From Cytophagales bacterium (GTDB lineage Bacteria > Bacteroidota > Bacteroidia > Cytophagales > Cyclobacteriaceae), in contig JBBRFY010000001.1 in assembly GCA_038241205.1 (NCBI GenBank), positions 1 through 59,459 on the forward strand: a stretch of DNA of 59,459 nt, written 5' to 3'. A program made the position numbers and the translations under genes. Position 1 is the stretch's first letter. Every line of letters begins with the position of its first letter. Positions 8,936-19,404 of this stretch are shown here, in pieces. The notes under the pieces were generated by a model, which saw only the letters and a list, made by a program, of their open reading frames with translations, made no database searches and was not told the origin of the DNA.

Positions 8936-10294
8936 ATGCAATTTAAAAATTCTTACTACTTTGGTTGTAAGTCTGCTTTCATTATGAGGCAATTCCATCG
9001 CCCAACTCAAAATTTTTTACTTGGCAAACACCAGCCCGATCTTGCCTTCGCAGATTATAAACTCGTTGTATTAACTGCGCAGCTAAGCGTTCTCAACATA
9101 TTTATCTGTTTACTTTACCTGGTTATCGATTTCCAAAATGGTATTTTTGATTCTTGGCCTTTGCAATCTGGCGGTGCCGTGCTTTCTCTCCTTAGCTTTA
9201 TTTTAAACCGAAGAGGATTTCACTATTGGGCAAAAGTTTTATTGGTTGTTGCGGGTGATAGTATCATCTTTTCGTTTGCTATTCTTGAGCCGATTGAAAT
9301 TGGTACTGGTTTTCTCTTTATACTCTGTTACATCGTTTCGATTGTCGGGTTTAGATATGAGCATAGAAGAACAGCCTTTGCACTCATTGCCTTTACTACC
9401 ATTTTAGTTTTTAGTTCGATCGTTTTCGATTTTAATATCTTTCCAAGAAGAACGTACGATGCTGAATACTTACGCATAAACATTATTATCAATCTACTTG
9501 TAACCAGTGGCACGTGTGTATTGATTGTCTATTTTCTGGTAACCCTCAATCACCATTCTGAAAATTCATTGCGAAAAAATGAAAGAGATTTAAATCAAAA
9601 AAATAGCGAACTAATAAAGGTAAACACAGAACTTGATCGGTTTGTATATAGCACCTCTCACGATTTGCGTTCTCCTATTAGTTCGCTTAGAGGATTAATC
9701 AACCTGACAAAACACACCAACGATGCCGCTGAAATAAAATCATACCTCACCATGATGGAAGGTAGATTGATCCGATTAGACAAATTCATAAAAGATATTT
9801 CAGACTATTCTCGAAACTCCAGGCTTCCGCTAAATATTGAAGAGATAAACATTAAAATCTTTGTTCATGATGCGATTGAAAATTTGCAGTTTTATCCGGG
9901 TGCAGAGAATGTGAAAGTAGCGGTAAATATTCCAGATGATATAATCATAAAAAGTGATTCGACACGGATGCAGATTCTATTGGGAAATTTATTGTCAAAC
10001 GCGTTTAAATATATTGATCAAACGAAGTCGCATCCTTTTATAAATGTTAGGGTAGAATCAAATTCAACGAACGTTATTATTTCAATTGAAGACAACGGTA
10101 TGGGTATCCACCGCGATTATGTAGACAAAATATTTGAAATGTTTTTTCAAGGCCACGAAAAATCGGATGGTTCCGGGTTAGGGCTTTACATTGTGAAGGA
10201 AACGCTTGAAAAAATTAAAGGAAGTATTTCGGTAAAGAGTGAACTTGAGAAGGGAACCATCTTTACCGTTACCTTGCCAAAAACAATTGCGTAA
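8936..10294 (+). CDS. Multi-TM sensor histidine kinase (start possibly 8984)
   Basis: About 6 TM segments; H-box SHDLRSP; N-box NLLSNAFKY; DNGMGI; GSGLGL. Confidence 0.92.
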   Translation: MQFKNSYYFGCKSAFIMRQFHRPTQNFLLGKHQPDLAFADYKLVVLTAQLSVLNIFICLLYLVIDFQNGIFDSWPLQSGGAVLSLLSFILNRRGFHYWAKVLLVVAGDSIIFSFAILEPIEIGTGFLFILCYIVSIVGFRYEHRRTAFALIAFTTILVFSSIVFDFNIFPRRTYDAEYLRINIIINLLVTSGTCVLIVYFLVTLNHHSENSLRKNERDLNQKNSELIKVNTELDRFVYSTSHDLRSPISSLRGLINLTKHTNDAAEIKSYLTMMEGRLIRLDKFIKDISDYSRNSRLPLNIEEINIKIFVHDAIENLQFYPGAENVKVAVNIPDDIIIKSDSTRMQILLGNLLSNAFKYIDQTKSHPFINVRVESNSTNVIISIEDNGMGIHRDYVDKIFEMFFQGHEKSDGSGLGLYIVKETLEKIKGSISVKSELEKGTIFTVTLPKTIA

Positions 10295-10381
10295 CAGGTA
10301 ATTGCAAAAACCGAAACCACGTAAAACTTTTTACGTGTGCCCTTGGTTTATCAAACGAAATCCATTTTTCTATTTTCATCT

Positions 10382-11398
10382 ATGAGCAATTCATCCGTTA
10401 AAGCCGTTAAACCATTGGGCTTTCCGTGGCAAACACAAGATCCATTTCTTTTTTGTGTTCACCATGAAGATTTTTATCCGAAGGGAAACGATGCAATGGG
10501 GCCTGATGCTTCTTTAGCGGGTCGCAACATCGGACAAGATTTTTCACCAACAGAAAAGTGGCGTATGTATCACGGAGAAAAAGTACCGGGCTTTCCTGCG
10601 CATCCGCACCGTGGTTTTGAAACCGTAACGGTGGTTACAAAAGGATTGGTCGATCACTCTGATTCACTCGGTGCTGCTGGTCGTTTTGGTTTTGGTGATG
10701 TACAATGGATGACGGCAGGTAAGGGCGTGCAACATTGCGAAATGTTTCCACTATTGGATAAAGAAAAAGATAATCCGCTTGAGCTTTTTCAAATCTGGCT
10801 CAATTTACCGAAGGCGAAAAAATTTGCAGAGCCTCACTTTGCTATGTTGTGGAATGACATCATCCCTACCTTCACATCAAAAGATGAAAACAAAAAAACG
10901 ACAAGCGTAAAAGTAATTGCCGGAAAAATTGAAAATGTTAAAGCACCTAATCCTGCACCCAATTCGTGGGCGGCTGACGAAAATAACGAAGTGGCAATCT
11001 GGACAATTAAAATAGAAGCGGGTGCAGAGTGGAAATTACCTATTGCTTCTGCTGACATAAATCGCTCTCTTTATTTTTATGATGGCGTTTCGATCGAGAT
11101 TGCAGAAAAGAATTTTACATCTCATCAGGCCATTGAACTTCTTGCTGATAAAGAAGTAATCTTAAAAAATGGTGATACTGAAAGCTCACTACTTTTACTT
11201 CAAGGCAAACCAATAGGCGAACCGGTAGCGCAATACGGACCGTTTGTAATGAATAGTCAGGCCGAGATTCAACAAGCCATGAATGAATATCAACAAACTC
11301 ATTTTGGTGGATGGCCTTGGGAAAGTTATGAACATGTACATCCAAGAGAGAAAAGTCGTTTCGCTAAATACCCGGATGGCACGGAGGAATTTAAATAG
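10382..11398 (+). CDS. Pirin family protein
   Basis: [33 protein letters not shown]; ATG at 10382 preferred over the upstream GTG. Confidence 0.93.
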   Translation: MSNSSVKAVKPLGFPWQTQDPFLFCVHHEDFYPKGNDAMGPDASLAGRNIGQDFSPTEKWRMYHGEKVPGFPAHPHRGFETVTVVTKGLVDHSDSLGAAGRFGFGDVQWMTAGKGVQHCEMFPLLDKEKDNPLELFQIWLNLPKAKKFAEPHFAMLWNDIIPTFTSKDENKKTTSVKVIAGKIENVKAPNPAPNSWAADENNEVAIWTIKIEAGAEWKLPIASADINRSLYFYDGVSIEIAEKNFTSHQAIELLADKEVILKNGDTESSLLLLQGKPIGEPVAQYGPFVMNSQAEIQQAMNEYQQTHFGGWPWESYEHVHPREKSRFAKYPDGTEEFK

Positions 11399-11502
11399 AT
11401 TAGTTCAGTTGTTTGGTTAGATCATTTTTTCTGGCTATGGGTTTTCAGGGTTAATAATTATTTTAATTATAATTACTAAACCAAAAACCTTAAACCACCT
11501 TC

Positions 11503-12489
11503 ATGAAAAAGATTTTAAAGTATGCTGCATACTTCGTTGTGCTTCTTTTAATAGCCGTTGTCGCCCTCCTCGCTTATGTGAAAATCGCTTTACCCAAAGT
11601 AGGTGAACCAGAAGATTTAAAAATTGATTATACTACTGAACGAATTGAACGTGGCAAGTACCTAGCCAACTCGGTTACAGCTTGCATGGACTGCCACTCC
11701 ACTCGGGATTGGTCAAAGTTCTCAGGACCATTAGTGCCAGGTGCATTAGGAAAAGGTGGAGAAGTATTTGACCAAAAAGCAGGATTCCCTGGTATTTTCT
11801 ATTCTAAAAATATTACACCTGAAGGAATCAGTAGGTATAGCGATGGAGAGTTACTGCACGTGATCACTACCGGTGTTACAAAAGAAGGACGAGCTATGTT
11901 TCCGTTAATGCCTTATCCATACTATGCTCATATGGACAGAGAAGACATTTACGCTATCATTGCTTATGTTCGTTCATTAAGTCCAATAAAAAATGAAGTT
12001 CCTGAATCGGTAGCTGATTTTCCAATGAACTTCATTATCAACACGATTCCCAAAGATGCAGCTTTACAAACAAGACCAGATACAACTGATCTGTTAGCGT
12101 ATGGAGGATATATGACAAATGCTTCAGGGTGTATTGAATGTCATACTCAGGTTGATAAGGGACAAATCATTAAAGACCTTGCCTTTGGTGGTGGTCGTGA
12201 ATTTCAATTTCCAAATGGAACTTCCGTACGCTCGTCTAACATTTCTCCTGATACTGAAACCGGGATTGGCAAATGGAGTCAGGAAGCATTTGTGCAACGC
12301 TTTAAGATGTATGCGGATAGTGCGTATGTAACACCTTCTGTAACACCAGAAGGCACCAATTCAATCATGCCTTGGACTATGTATTGCAACATGAAAGAAA
12401 AGGATCTGATCGCGATTTATACTTACCTTAAATCGATGAAGCCTGTTTCGAATTCTGTTGTAACGTATTCAACTGTTGCTACGAATTAG
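11503..12489 (+). CDS. Membrane-anchored di-haem cytochrome c
   Basis: N-terminal TM; CMDCH and CIECH; NITP/NISPD and MP motifs. Confidence 0.9.
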   Translation: MKKILKYAAYFVVLLLIAVVALLAYVKIALPKVGEPEDLKIDYTTERIERGKYLANSVTACMDCHSTRDWSKFSGPLVPGALGKGGEVFDQKAGFPGIFYSKNITPEGISRYSDGELLHVITTGVTKEGRAMFPLMPYPYYAHMDREDIYAIIAYVRSLSPIKNEVPESVADFPMNFIINTIPKDAALQTRPDTTDLLAYGGYMTNASGCIECHTQVDKGQIIKDLAFGGGREFQFPNGTSVRSSNISPDTETGIGKWSQEAFVQRFKMYADSAYVTPSVTPEGTNSIMPWTMYCNMKEKDLIAIYTYLKSMKPVSNSVVTYSTVATN

Positions 12490-12542
12490 AAGACTGAAAG
12501 TTGAATGATGTAAAATTTTCAATGAATAAAATCGTGCTGTCA

Positions 12543-12587
12543 AGATCGGATTAAGTAAATCAAAATGAATTTCATTTAGTCCGATCT
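12543..12587. terminator. Hairpin between convergent genes, possible terminator
   Basis: AGATCGGATTAA ... TTAGTCCGATCT inverted repeat. Confidence 0.45.
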
Positions 12588-12711
12588 GATATCAGGAGAA
12601 CAAAGCGGAAAAAAGATTCCTGTGAGGATGACGTTTCCAATAATCGTATGCGCCAAATAAAAAAATCTCCTTCTCTACTGTGTGCATCCCAAAAATGATC
12701 CTAACAATCTT

Positions 12712-15144
12712 CTACTTTACCCTACCTCTTTCTTCTTCCGCTCCCGATTTGTTATTCAACCCTTGCTGCTTCAGTTTTCCAAAGCTTCGTATATAAGTTA
12801 ACCGGATATATTGGTTGTGCCAATCGTATTTAAAGGAGGAAACAAGATTACTTTCTGGTATGTTGGTCTTGATTTCCCAGTTGGTGGTGTAAAGAATATC
12901 ATCCATCGCCAAGGTAAGCGTTCCGTTTTTTCCAAAACTTTTTTGTACTCCGACATTCAACGATCCCATCGGAAGAAACTGTGTTATGCCCGAGAGTGTA
13001 CGCGATTGATAGTTGGCTGACAGTTCAATGGAAATGCCGTTCGCAAATTTGAAACGATTGAACACAGTTGCATTCACTCCAAAAAGTTTGATGTCAACAG
13101 GAGCAGGTTCTGGTAATGACTGTGCAACCTGATACTGTATCGTTACGCTTGCCTGAAGTTCCCACCATGAATAGACGGAAGCAGAATAGGAATTAGCGAT
13201 GCCAAAAGTATTAAGCGATTTCAGGTTTTGCGATCGATAAATTAAATTTCCCTCATCATCATGCTCCGGTTGTAGCGGAGCTATTTCGTTCTTCGAGTGC
13301 GTGAAGTGAAACGATGTCGTCCATTGCTTCATATGATAACGTGTTGTAAGCGCATCTACTATTGCCGGATAGAGCGTTGTGTTTCCGGCAGAGAAAGTAT
13401 GCGTACCCCAGAAGAAAACAAACGGTGCGATGTCGTTATAGCCGGGGCGCGTGATACGTCTGGCGTAAGAGAACTGAATATCTTTTTCGGTTTGCAGGTT
13501 TTTACGGATAGACACGCTCGGAAAGAAGTATCCATACTTCCGTTTTACCAGATCTTGTTGCGTTTCCGAGCTGATCGCGGTATGTGTAAACTCATATCGC
13601 ATTCCGGTATTCAGTTCTACGGATTGCCGCGTGATCCATCGGTTTGAAATAAATGCCGCGTAGATGGATTCATTCATAACCGAACTGGATGAAAACACAG
13701 GATCGTTTTCCCACCCCTGATCGGTTTTACGATCTACATTAACAATATTATTCAACGTTGAATACACCGATTTAATACCAACATCCCAGCTTAGTGAATC
13801 GTGCTGTTGATAATGATAATCAGCACGACTCACCAAAAAATGAATGGGCGTATGTTTTGTAAGATCAATTTTACCGGCTTGGTTTGTGTTGCCCTGCTCG
13901 AAAAATGAATTCACATTATAGTGCGATGGATTACTGTTGCTGTAATACAAATAATCAACACTGACGTTCAACTCATTTTTGGCATTGAATTTTTGCTGAA
14001 GCGAAAGAGAGCCCGTAGCACTTTGCCAAAGATTGATTTCCGTAATTTTTATGTGTGTTGTTAAAGTAGAATCCTGTGCAGCATAATCTGTTTCTTCTGT
14101 ATCGGCATTCAACCTCCAGTTCCGTCTGTATGCGGTAACGCCAAGATTCACGATTGATTTGTTATTGAGTTTCCACTCAAGACCGGTTCGCAGATTTTGT
14201 TGTGTAGTAAGATTCGGTCGATAACTGTATGCAGTAACTTCACGATCAAATTCTTCCTCGCGAGATTTTTGATAGGTGTTGAGTTGATGGAGGTTGTGTC
14301 TTCGGTTAATAGTGTAATCAACAAATAACGTGAGGTGATTTGTCTTGTGAACAACATTCAGATTTCCTCCACCGGTTTCCGCCCAGGTTGCGCCAGCATT
14401 CACCCCGAATGATCCATTGGTGCCGCGAGCAGATTGTTGCTTCGTAATGATATTAATTACGCCTCCACCTCCTTCTGCATCATACCTGGCTTGTGGCGAT
14501 GTGATGATCTCTAGTTTTTCAGTATTCGAAACACTCATACCTTCCAGCATTTGCATGACTCCTTCCGCTGATAATTGCATTGACTTTCCATTGATCATCA
14601 CCGTAATGCCTGCTCTCCCATTGATCCGAATAATATTACTTTGTTTATCCACCACAACACCGGGCGATTTCTGCAGTACTTCTAAAACAGAATTGCCGGA
14701 AGATGAAGCACTGTTTTCTAAATTCATCACCATCCTATCCGACTTTTGCTCAAACATTTCTCGTTGTTCGCTCACAATGATCTCGTTTAGGTGTGTCTCT
14801 TCTTCCTTCAGTACGATTTCCTGAAGCACAATATTTTTATCGTTCACTGATGTTGGCTGCGAATAGTATCGTGAATATCCAATCATTTGCGTAACGATTC
14901 TATACTCTCCCTCTTTTACATTTTCGAAAATAAATTCACCAACACTATCGCTTACTACTCCTTTTACAAGTGTCGAGTCAAATCCAATTAGCATAATAGA
15001 AACACCTGGCAGTGGCAGAACCTCTTCACGCACCTTACCTTTCACACTGACTTGTGAGTAGCCAACACTTCCAACACTAAAGAAAGCCATGAATAACGGA
15101 ATGTATTTTGTCCTAGCTTTCATTTTTCTCATGATCAAATTCAC
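12712..15144 (-). CDS. Outer-membrane beta-barrel / TonB-dependent receptor-like protein (start likely 15132 or 15123)
   Basis: Signal peptide, carboxypeptidase-regulatory-like N-domain, plug motifs (VLQKSPGVVVD, PQARYDAEG.GGVINI), C-terminal EEERGRVK typical of the OMP_b-brl_3 family. Confidence 0.88.
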   Translation of the reverse strand: MNLIMRKMKARTKYIPLFMAFFSVGSVGYSQVSVKGKVREEVLPLPGVSIMLIGFDSTLVKGVVSDSVGEFIFENVKEGEYRIVTQMIGYSRYYSQPTSVNDKNIVLQEIVLKEEETHLNEIIVSEQREMFEQKSDRMVMNLENSASSSGNSVLEVLQKSPGVVVDKQSNIIRINGRAGITVMINGKSMQLSAEGVMQMLEGMSVSNTEKLEIITSPQARYDAEGGGGVINIITKQQSARGTNGSFGVNAGATWAETGGGNLNVVHKTNHLTLFVDYTINRRHNLHQLNTYQKSREEEFDREVTAYSYRPNLTTQQNLRTGLEWKLNNKSIVNLGVTAYRRNWRLNADTEETDYAAQDSTLTTHIKITEINLWQSATGSLSLQQKFNAKNELNVSVDYLYYSNSNPSHYNVNSFFEQGNTNQAGKIDLTKHTPIHFLVSRADYHYQQHDSLSWDVGIKSVYSTLNNIVNVDRKTDQGWENDPVFSSSSVMNESIYAAFISNRWITRQSVELNTGMRYEFTHTAISSETQQDLVKRKYGYFFPSVSIRKNLQTEKDIQFSYARRITRPGYNDIAPFVFFWGTHTFSAGNTTLYPAIVDALTTRYHMKQWTTSFHFTHSKNEIAPLQPEHDDEGNLIYRSQNLKSLNTFGIANSYSASVYSWWELQASVTIQYQVAQSLPEPAPVDIKLFGVNATVFNRFKFANGISIELSANYQSRTLSGITQFLPMGSLNVGVQKSFGKNGTLTLAMDDILYTTNWEIKTNIPESNLVSSFKYDWHNQYIRLTYIRSFGKLKQQGLNNKSGAEEERGRVK

Positions 15145-15150
15145 GGGCTG

Positions 15151-15930
15151 TTAATTCTTGGTGTCTTTGATCATGGAAGTCTCACTCATTTTTTTTGATC
15201 GTGATGCTTTTGTAAAGGGAATCAGCATCGGTGCAGATTTTTTGTACTCCACATACGTTGCACCAAAATGTTTTACGAGATCGTTTTCCTCAAACTGTAT
15301 GGCCGTCAACATATATCCTGTTGTCATTAAGGCAAAAAATAAATGGGCAGCCGTCATTAATGGTGTTGCCCAAAAGGCAATCATAAAACCAAGGTATAAT
15401 GGATGGCGAACGTACTTGTAGAAAAAAGGGGTTCGAAAAGGAAGGTCGTGGTATTCTTTTCCGATAGCATAGCACCACACTTGGCGCAACCCAAACAAAT
15501 CGAAGTGATTGATTAGAAAAGTACTGACGAGAACAATACCAAAACCCAGCAAACAAAGTATTTGAAGAAAAAGGGCGAGGCCTGAAAATTTCACTTCCCA
15601 AATCACGCCACCCATCGGCTGCCAATACCAGAAAAGCAAAATCAGGCAGAGGCTCGATAATAATACATAGGTACTTCGTTCAATCGGCTGAGGAACGAAC
15701 TTCGTCCACCATTGTTTGAACGCGGGCCGTGCCATGACACTGTGTTGAATAGCAAAGATGGAAAGCAATATTGCGTTTACCACAAACGCATAACCAAGAG
15801 GTTCTTGAGGAATGCTATCAATGTGCTTGGGCACTAACAGGGCGCTGACGAAGCCGACTGCATAACAGAATGTTACAAAAAAAATCGCATAGGCGATCAG
15901 ACCATACAGGAGGAATACTACTTTTTTCAT
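15151..15930 (-). CDS. mddA: Methanethiol S-methyltransferase (MddA; ICMT-like membrane methyltransferase)
   Basis: QHSVMARPAFK, PIERSTYVL, FLINHFDLFGLRQV, YKYVRHPLYLGF, EENDL; ATG at 15930. Confidence 0.8.
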   Translation of the reverse strand: MKKVVFLLYGLIAYAIFFVTFCYAVGFVSALLVPKHIDSIPQEPLGYAFVVNAILLSIFAIQHSVMARPAFKQWWTKFVPQPIERSTYVLLSSLCLILLFWYWQPMGGVIWEVKFSGLALFLQILCLLGFGIVLVSTFLINHFDLFGLRQVWCYAIGKEYHDLPFRTPFFYKYVRHPLYLGFMIAFWATPLMTAAHLFFALMTTGYMLTAIQFEENDLVKHFGATYVEYKKSAPMLIPFTKASRSKKMSETSMIKDTKN

Positions 15931-16147
15931 AGGAGTTGTTTTGTTAATAATGATTGAGATAAAAAGCAGCGTTACGTGAATCTCGCTACTGTTCGTGTTG
16001 ATCAAAGATGGGTGTATAAGAAGAAATCAGCGTTTAACGCGTGTTGCAAAGAGTTTAAACTTTTTTTTCAAGCTTAAACCAGCGTTGCATAAAAGGGAAG
16101 ATTGAAACGCAATCGTGTTGTGCTGCACTTGGCAAGCGACAGAATGA

Positions 16148-18025
16148 TTATTTAAAACCCATCTTCTGTACCAGTTCGATGAACAGAGGTTCTTTGCGAA
16201 GATTATAAAATTGTGGTTCGGTTATGAGCCAGGGCATTTCCATATCGTGAGCAACATAAGCAGCTTGCAGCCATTTCAAGGCTTCCTCTTTTTCATTGAG
16301 TGCAGAATAAATTACAGCAATAAAAAAGGAAATGGATCCCATGTCCTTTTTTTCTAGCCGCTGAGAAAGCTCTTCGATAATTTTTCGCGCTTCTTCGGGT
16401 CTTCCTGATTTCGCATATGCAGCGCCCATCCAGCCGAGCATTCGTGGATATCGGATTCCCTCCAATGAAATCGCCTTGTTGAAATAGGAAATGGCTTCGT
16501 CATATCGTTTCAGTTGCAACATCAGGAAACCATGTGAGTCGAGTGTATAATAATTGGTAAACGTTTGGATTCGCGCCTCCGAAAATTCAAGTGCTTCCGA
16601 AATCCGGTTTGAATAAAAGAGGGACAAGATGATTCGGCTGTTGGGGTAATAAGGATCTTCCTCGTTCAGGTAATCAGCGTACTGTATTGCTTCCTTGTGT
16701 CGCATCATAAAATTGAGGTAGTCTATGTACATCGCCAGTGCATCTGGATGATGATCTACGATGCTGAGTTTATATTCCTTCTCGGCTCCTTCAAAATCCC
16801 AATCGTGATAGAGTTTATAAAATCCTAAAAACATGTGGCCTTCATCCAACGTGGGATCAAGCGCAATGGCTTTGTCAATAAAGGGTTTGCCTTTTTCTAA
16901 CGCATCGATGGCACTCAACTCTGCGCCCCAAATACAGGCGAGGCCAATGTAACCGTGGGCCATAAAGGCATGTGCTCTTGCAAAGTTGGAGTCGAGCTGA
17001 ATAGCCTCTGTTAACAAATCGATGGTGTTGTGTGCGCCTTTATTTGTATAGGTGCGAAACTGATATTTCGCTTTCAAGTAAAGATCATATGCTTTCGGAT
17101 TATCTGTGTCTCTCTTTGATAATTTTGATTTCTCTTCGGGCGATAACTTCGCATTGAGTTCATCCGCCACCTGCTGCGCAATTTCATTTTGTATAGCAAA
17201 GACATCTTTTAGTTCGCGGTTGTAGGTGATAGCCCACACGAGTGCTTCTGTTTCTCCATCTACAAGCCTCACTTCAATTCGCACTTGATTACTATCGCGT
17301 TGAATACTTCCCTCTAATAAAGCAGACACGCCTAACTCCTGCGCGATATCGCTTGCACTTTTGCTGGTCTGTCGATATCGTTCTACCGATGTTCTGGAAA
17401 TAACGCGGAGTTCTTTTATCTGCGAGAGACTCGTGCGAATAGCTTCGATAACACCTTCGCTGAAATATTCATTGCGCTGATCGGCACTTAGATTTTTGAA
17501 AGGTAAGATGGCAATGGATTTATCAGTTGTTTGACTTTCGTTGGTGTTAAAGAAAGTGAGGTAGAGAAACGTCATTAGCACGGAGATGCCAACAGCACCA
17601 ATCGCAATCCAAAGTATAAAACTACGTTTGGATGGTGATGGTTGTAAATTATTTTGTTCTCTGAGTGGATGTGTGTGTTGTTCAACTGGTCTGTTCTTTG
17701 CTTCTCCAGGAGGAAAGCCATAATAATCACTAAAACATTTATTGAAATAGGTAGCACTACCAAAGCCAATGCGATCAGCTACTTCAGCAGCCGTAAGATC
17801 ACCTGGCTGAAGCAATTCCATTCCTCTCGCCAAACGATATTCACGAATAAACTGACTTACCGATTGTCCAGTTGCTGCGCTGAGCTTTCGATGAAGTTGA
17901 GATCGGCTCATGCCAATATTCTTCGACAACTCCTCCACACCGAATTGTTCGTTGGTCAGGTTGCTTTCTACTTCCTGCTGGAGCTTGTCCAGAAAAACAG
18001 TATTTGCTTTGGCGGAGGGATCCAT
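16148..18025 (-). CDS. Transmembrane AraC-HTH / TolB-N-like / TPR regulator
   Basis: N-terminal AraC HTH (MSRSQLHRKL, GFGSATYFNKCF), one TM, SIAILPFKNLS domain, TPR repeats. Confidence 0.88.
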   Translation of the reverse strand: MDPSAKANTVFLDKLQQEVESNLTNEQFGVEELSKNIGMSRSQLHRKLSAATGQSVSQFIREYRLARGMELLQPGDLTAAEVADRIGFGSATYFNKCFSDYYGFPPGEAKNRPVEQHTHPLREQNNLQPSPSKRSFILWIAIGAVGISVLMTFLYLTFFNTNESQTTDKSIAILPFKNLSADQRNEYFSEGVIEAIRTSLSQIKELRVISRTSVERYRQTSKSASDIAQELGVSALLEGSIQRDSNQVRIEVRLVDGETEALVWAITYNRELKDVFAIQNEIAQQVADELNAKLSPEEKSKLSKRDTDNPKAYDLYLKAKYQFRTYTNKGAHNTIDLLTEAIQLDSNFARAHAFMAHGYIGLACIWGAELSAIDALEKGKPFIDKAIALDPTLDEGHMFLGFYKLYHDWDFEGAEKEYKLSIVDHHPDALAMYIDYLNFMMRHKEAIQYADYLNEEDPYYPNSRIILSLFYSNRISEALEFSEARIQTFTNYYTLDSHGFLMLQLKRYDEAISYFNKAISLEGIRYPRMLGWMGAAYAKSGRPEEARKIIEELSQRLEKKDMGSISFFIAVIYSALNEKEEALKWLQAAYVAHDMEMPWLITEPQFYNLRKEPLFIELVQKMGFK

Positions 18026-18145
18026 ACTTCATTGAAAAGAATGAAGATGATAAAATTAATTTAAAAAACCGTTTTGAAATCGGTGCATGGTAAATTCATT
18101 AATGTTGATGAAGAGTTTAGGATTAAGGTTGGGATGATAAACTAA

Positions 18146-18197
18146 ACTAGCGCAAGGGTCTCCTTTGTGCTCTTGCATTCAATAAGCGTCCCACTTA
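18146..18197 (+). repeat. REP-like element upstream of the RAYT gene
   Basis: ACTAGCGCAAGGGTCTCCTTTGTGCT...AATAAGCGTCCCACTTA, repeated at 18862-18913. Confidence 0.75.
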
Positions 18198-18222
18198 CCT
18201 TTATATTTCAGTTGTAAAAATT

Positions 18223-18776
18223 ATGAGCAGAAAATACAAAATCCGAGATCAGAAAAAATTGTATTTTGTCACGTTCACAGTTATCGACTGGATTTGTTTT
18301 GATCCGAGATGAGTATCGAACTGTTGTGGTTGACAATTAAATATTGCCAACAAAACAAAGGATTGGAAGTTTATGCCTACTGCATCATGACCAGCCATGT
18401 ACATTTAATTATCGCAACAGCAGGTATTCATAAATTAGAAGATATCATTCGCGATTTAAAAAGCTTTACATCACGTCATATCAGAAAAGCGCTAGAGAAT
18501 ACAAATCATGTTCATGAAAGCCGAAGACAATGGATGCTGAAGCGAATGTATTACGCAGGTCAACACAATAGCAACAATAACGATTTTCAATTTTGGCAAC
18601 AGCATAATCATCCTATTGAACTGAGTACAAACGAAATTATTGAACAGCGACTGGAATATATTCATCTCAATCCAGTGGCATCTGGATTTGTAGATTTGCC
18701 AGAAGCTTGGCTCTGCAGTAGTGCAAGAGATTATGCAGGAACCGCTAAAGGTTCTATTGATATAATTTACATTTAG
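18223..18776 (+). pseudogene. REP-associated tyrosine transposase (RAYT, HUH/Y1 family), frameshifted near the 5' end
   Basis: ATG 18223 gives MSRKYKIRDQKKLYFVTFTVIDWI; a second frame gives IRDEYRTVVVD; a third gives KYCQQNKGLEVYAYCIMTSHVHLI (HUH), FWQQHNH, YIHLNPV, SSARDY. Confidence 0.85.
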
Positions 18777-18789
18777 TGTGTGTGATGTT

Positions 18790-18913
18790 CAGCGGGACGC
18801 TGAATGTAAGTATAGGTACAAGCGAGACGCTTGCACCAGGGAGATTTTTCTTGCGAATTGCACTAGCGCAAGGGTCTCCCTTGTGCTAGTGCAATTAATA
18901 AGCATCCCGCTTA
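18790..18913. repeat. REP-like inverted and direct copies downstream of RAYT, including a 19-bp-stem hairpin
   Basis: AATTGCACTAGCGCAAGGG-TCT-CCCTTGTGCTAGTGCAATT at 18856-18896; diverged inverted copy at ~18790-18840. Confidence 0.75.
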
Positions 18914-18915
18914 AA

Positions 18916-19305
18916 CTATTCCGTCACTTGAAAATCAACAACAAAAGGTTCTTCAAGAATATCTAATCTACCCAGCAGTTCCCCAAATTTTTTATGTTCA
19001 GCATGTGGAAGGTACGCATCGCGCGATGCTGCATCTTTAAAGGTAAGTAAGTAGGCATGTGTAAAACCTTTGTTTAAATTTTCAGGACTGTTGTTTACAC
19101 CATATTGAAACGAAACAATTCCAGGAATTTTTCCTTTCAACGCTTTGAAGGCTTGCGTTACTTCGTCAATCTGCGCAGGCGTTGCGTTCTCTTTGTATTT
19201 AAAAATTACAATGTGTTTTACTTCCGTTGGTTTTACAAACATAAAGCCAGTGAATAAACTGATGGCGACAAGCGCACAAATGGAAAAGATGATTTTAGTT
19301 TTCAT
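18916..19305 (-). CDS. Dabb (stress-responsive A/B barrel) protein with N-terminal signal
   Basis: VKHIVIFKYK, NNSPENLNKGFTH, DAYLPHAEH. Confidence 0.9.
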   Translation of the reverse strand: MKTKIIFSICALVAISLFTGFMFVKPTEVKHIVIFKYKENATPAQIDEVTQAFKALKGKIPGIVSFQYGVNNSPENLNKGFTHAYLLTFKDAASRDAYLPHAEHKKFGELLGRLDILEEPFVVDFQVTE

Positions 19306-19404
19306 GTTGATTGGTTATAATTAAAAAAAGCTACTGATTCATAGAATAAATACGAGCCACAGATGCACAGAATAACACCTAGATTAATCTGTAAACCTGT
19401 GTCA

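Noticed and set aside
12590-12710. Possible membrane-protein remnant on the minus strand (FFYLAHTIIGNVILTGIFFPL)
   Set aside because: Too short and interrupted by a stop; cannot be distinguished from chance in AT-rich DNA.
18778-18966. 62-aa ORF after the RAYT gene
   Set aside because: It runs through REP hairpins and overlaps the convergent Dabb gene.
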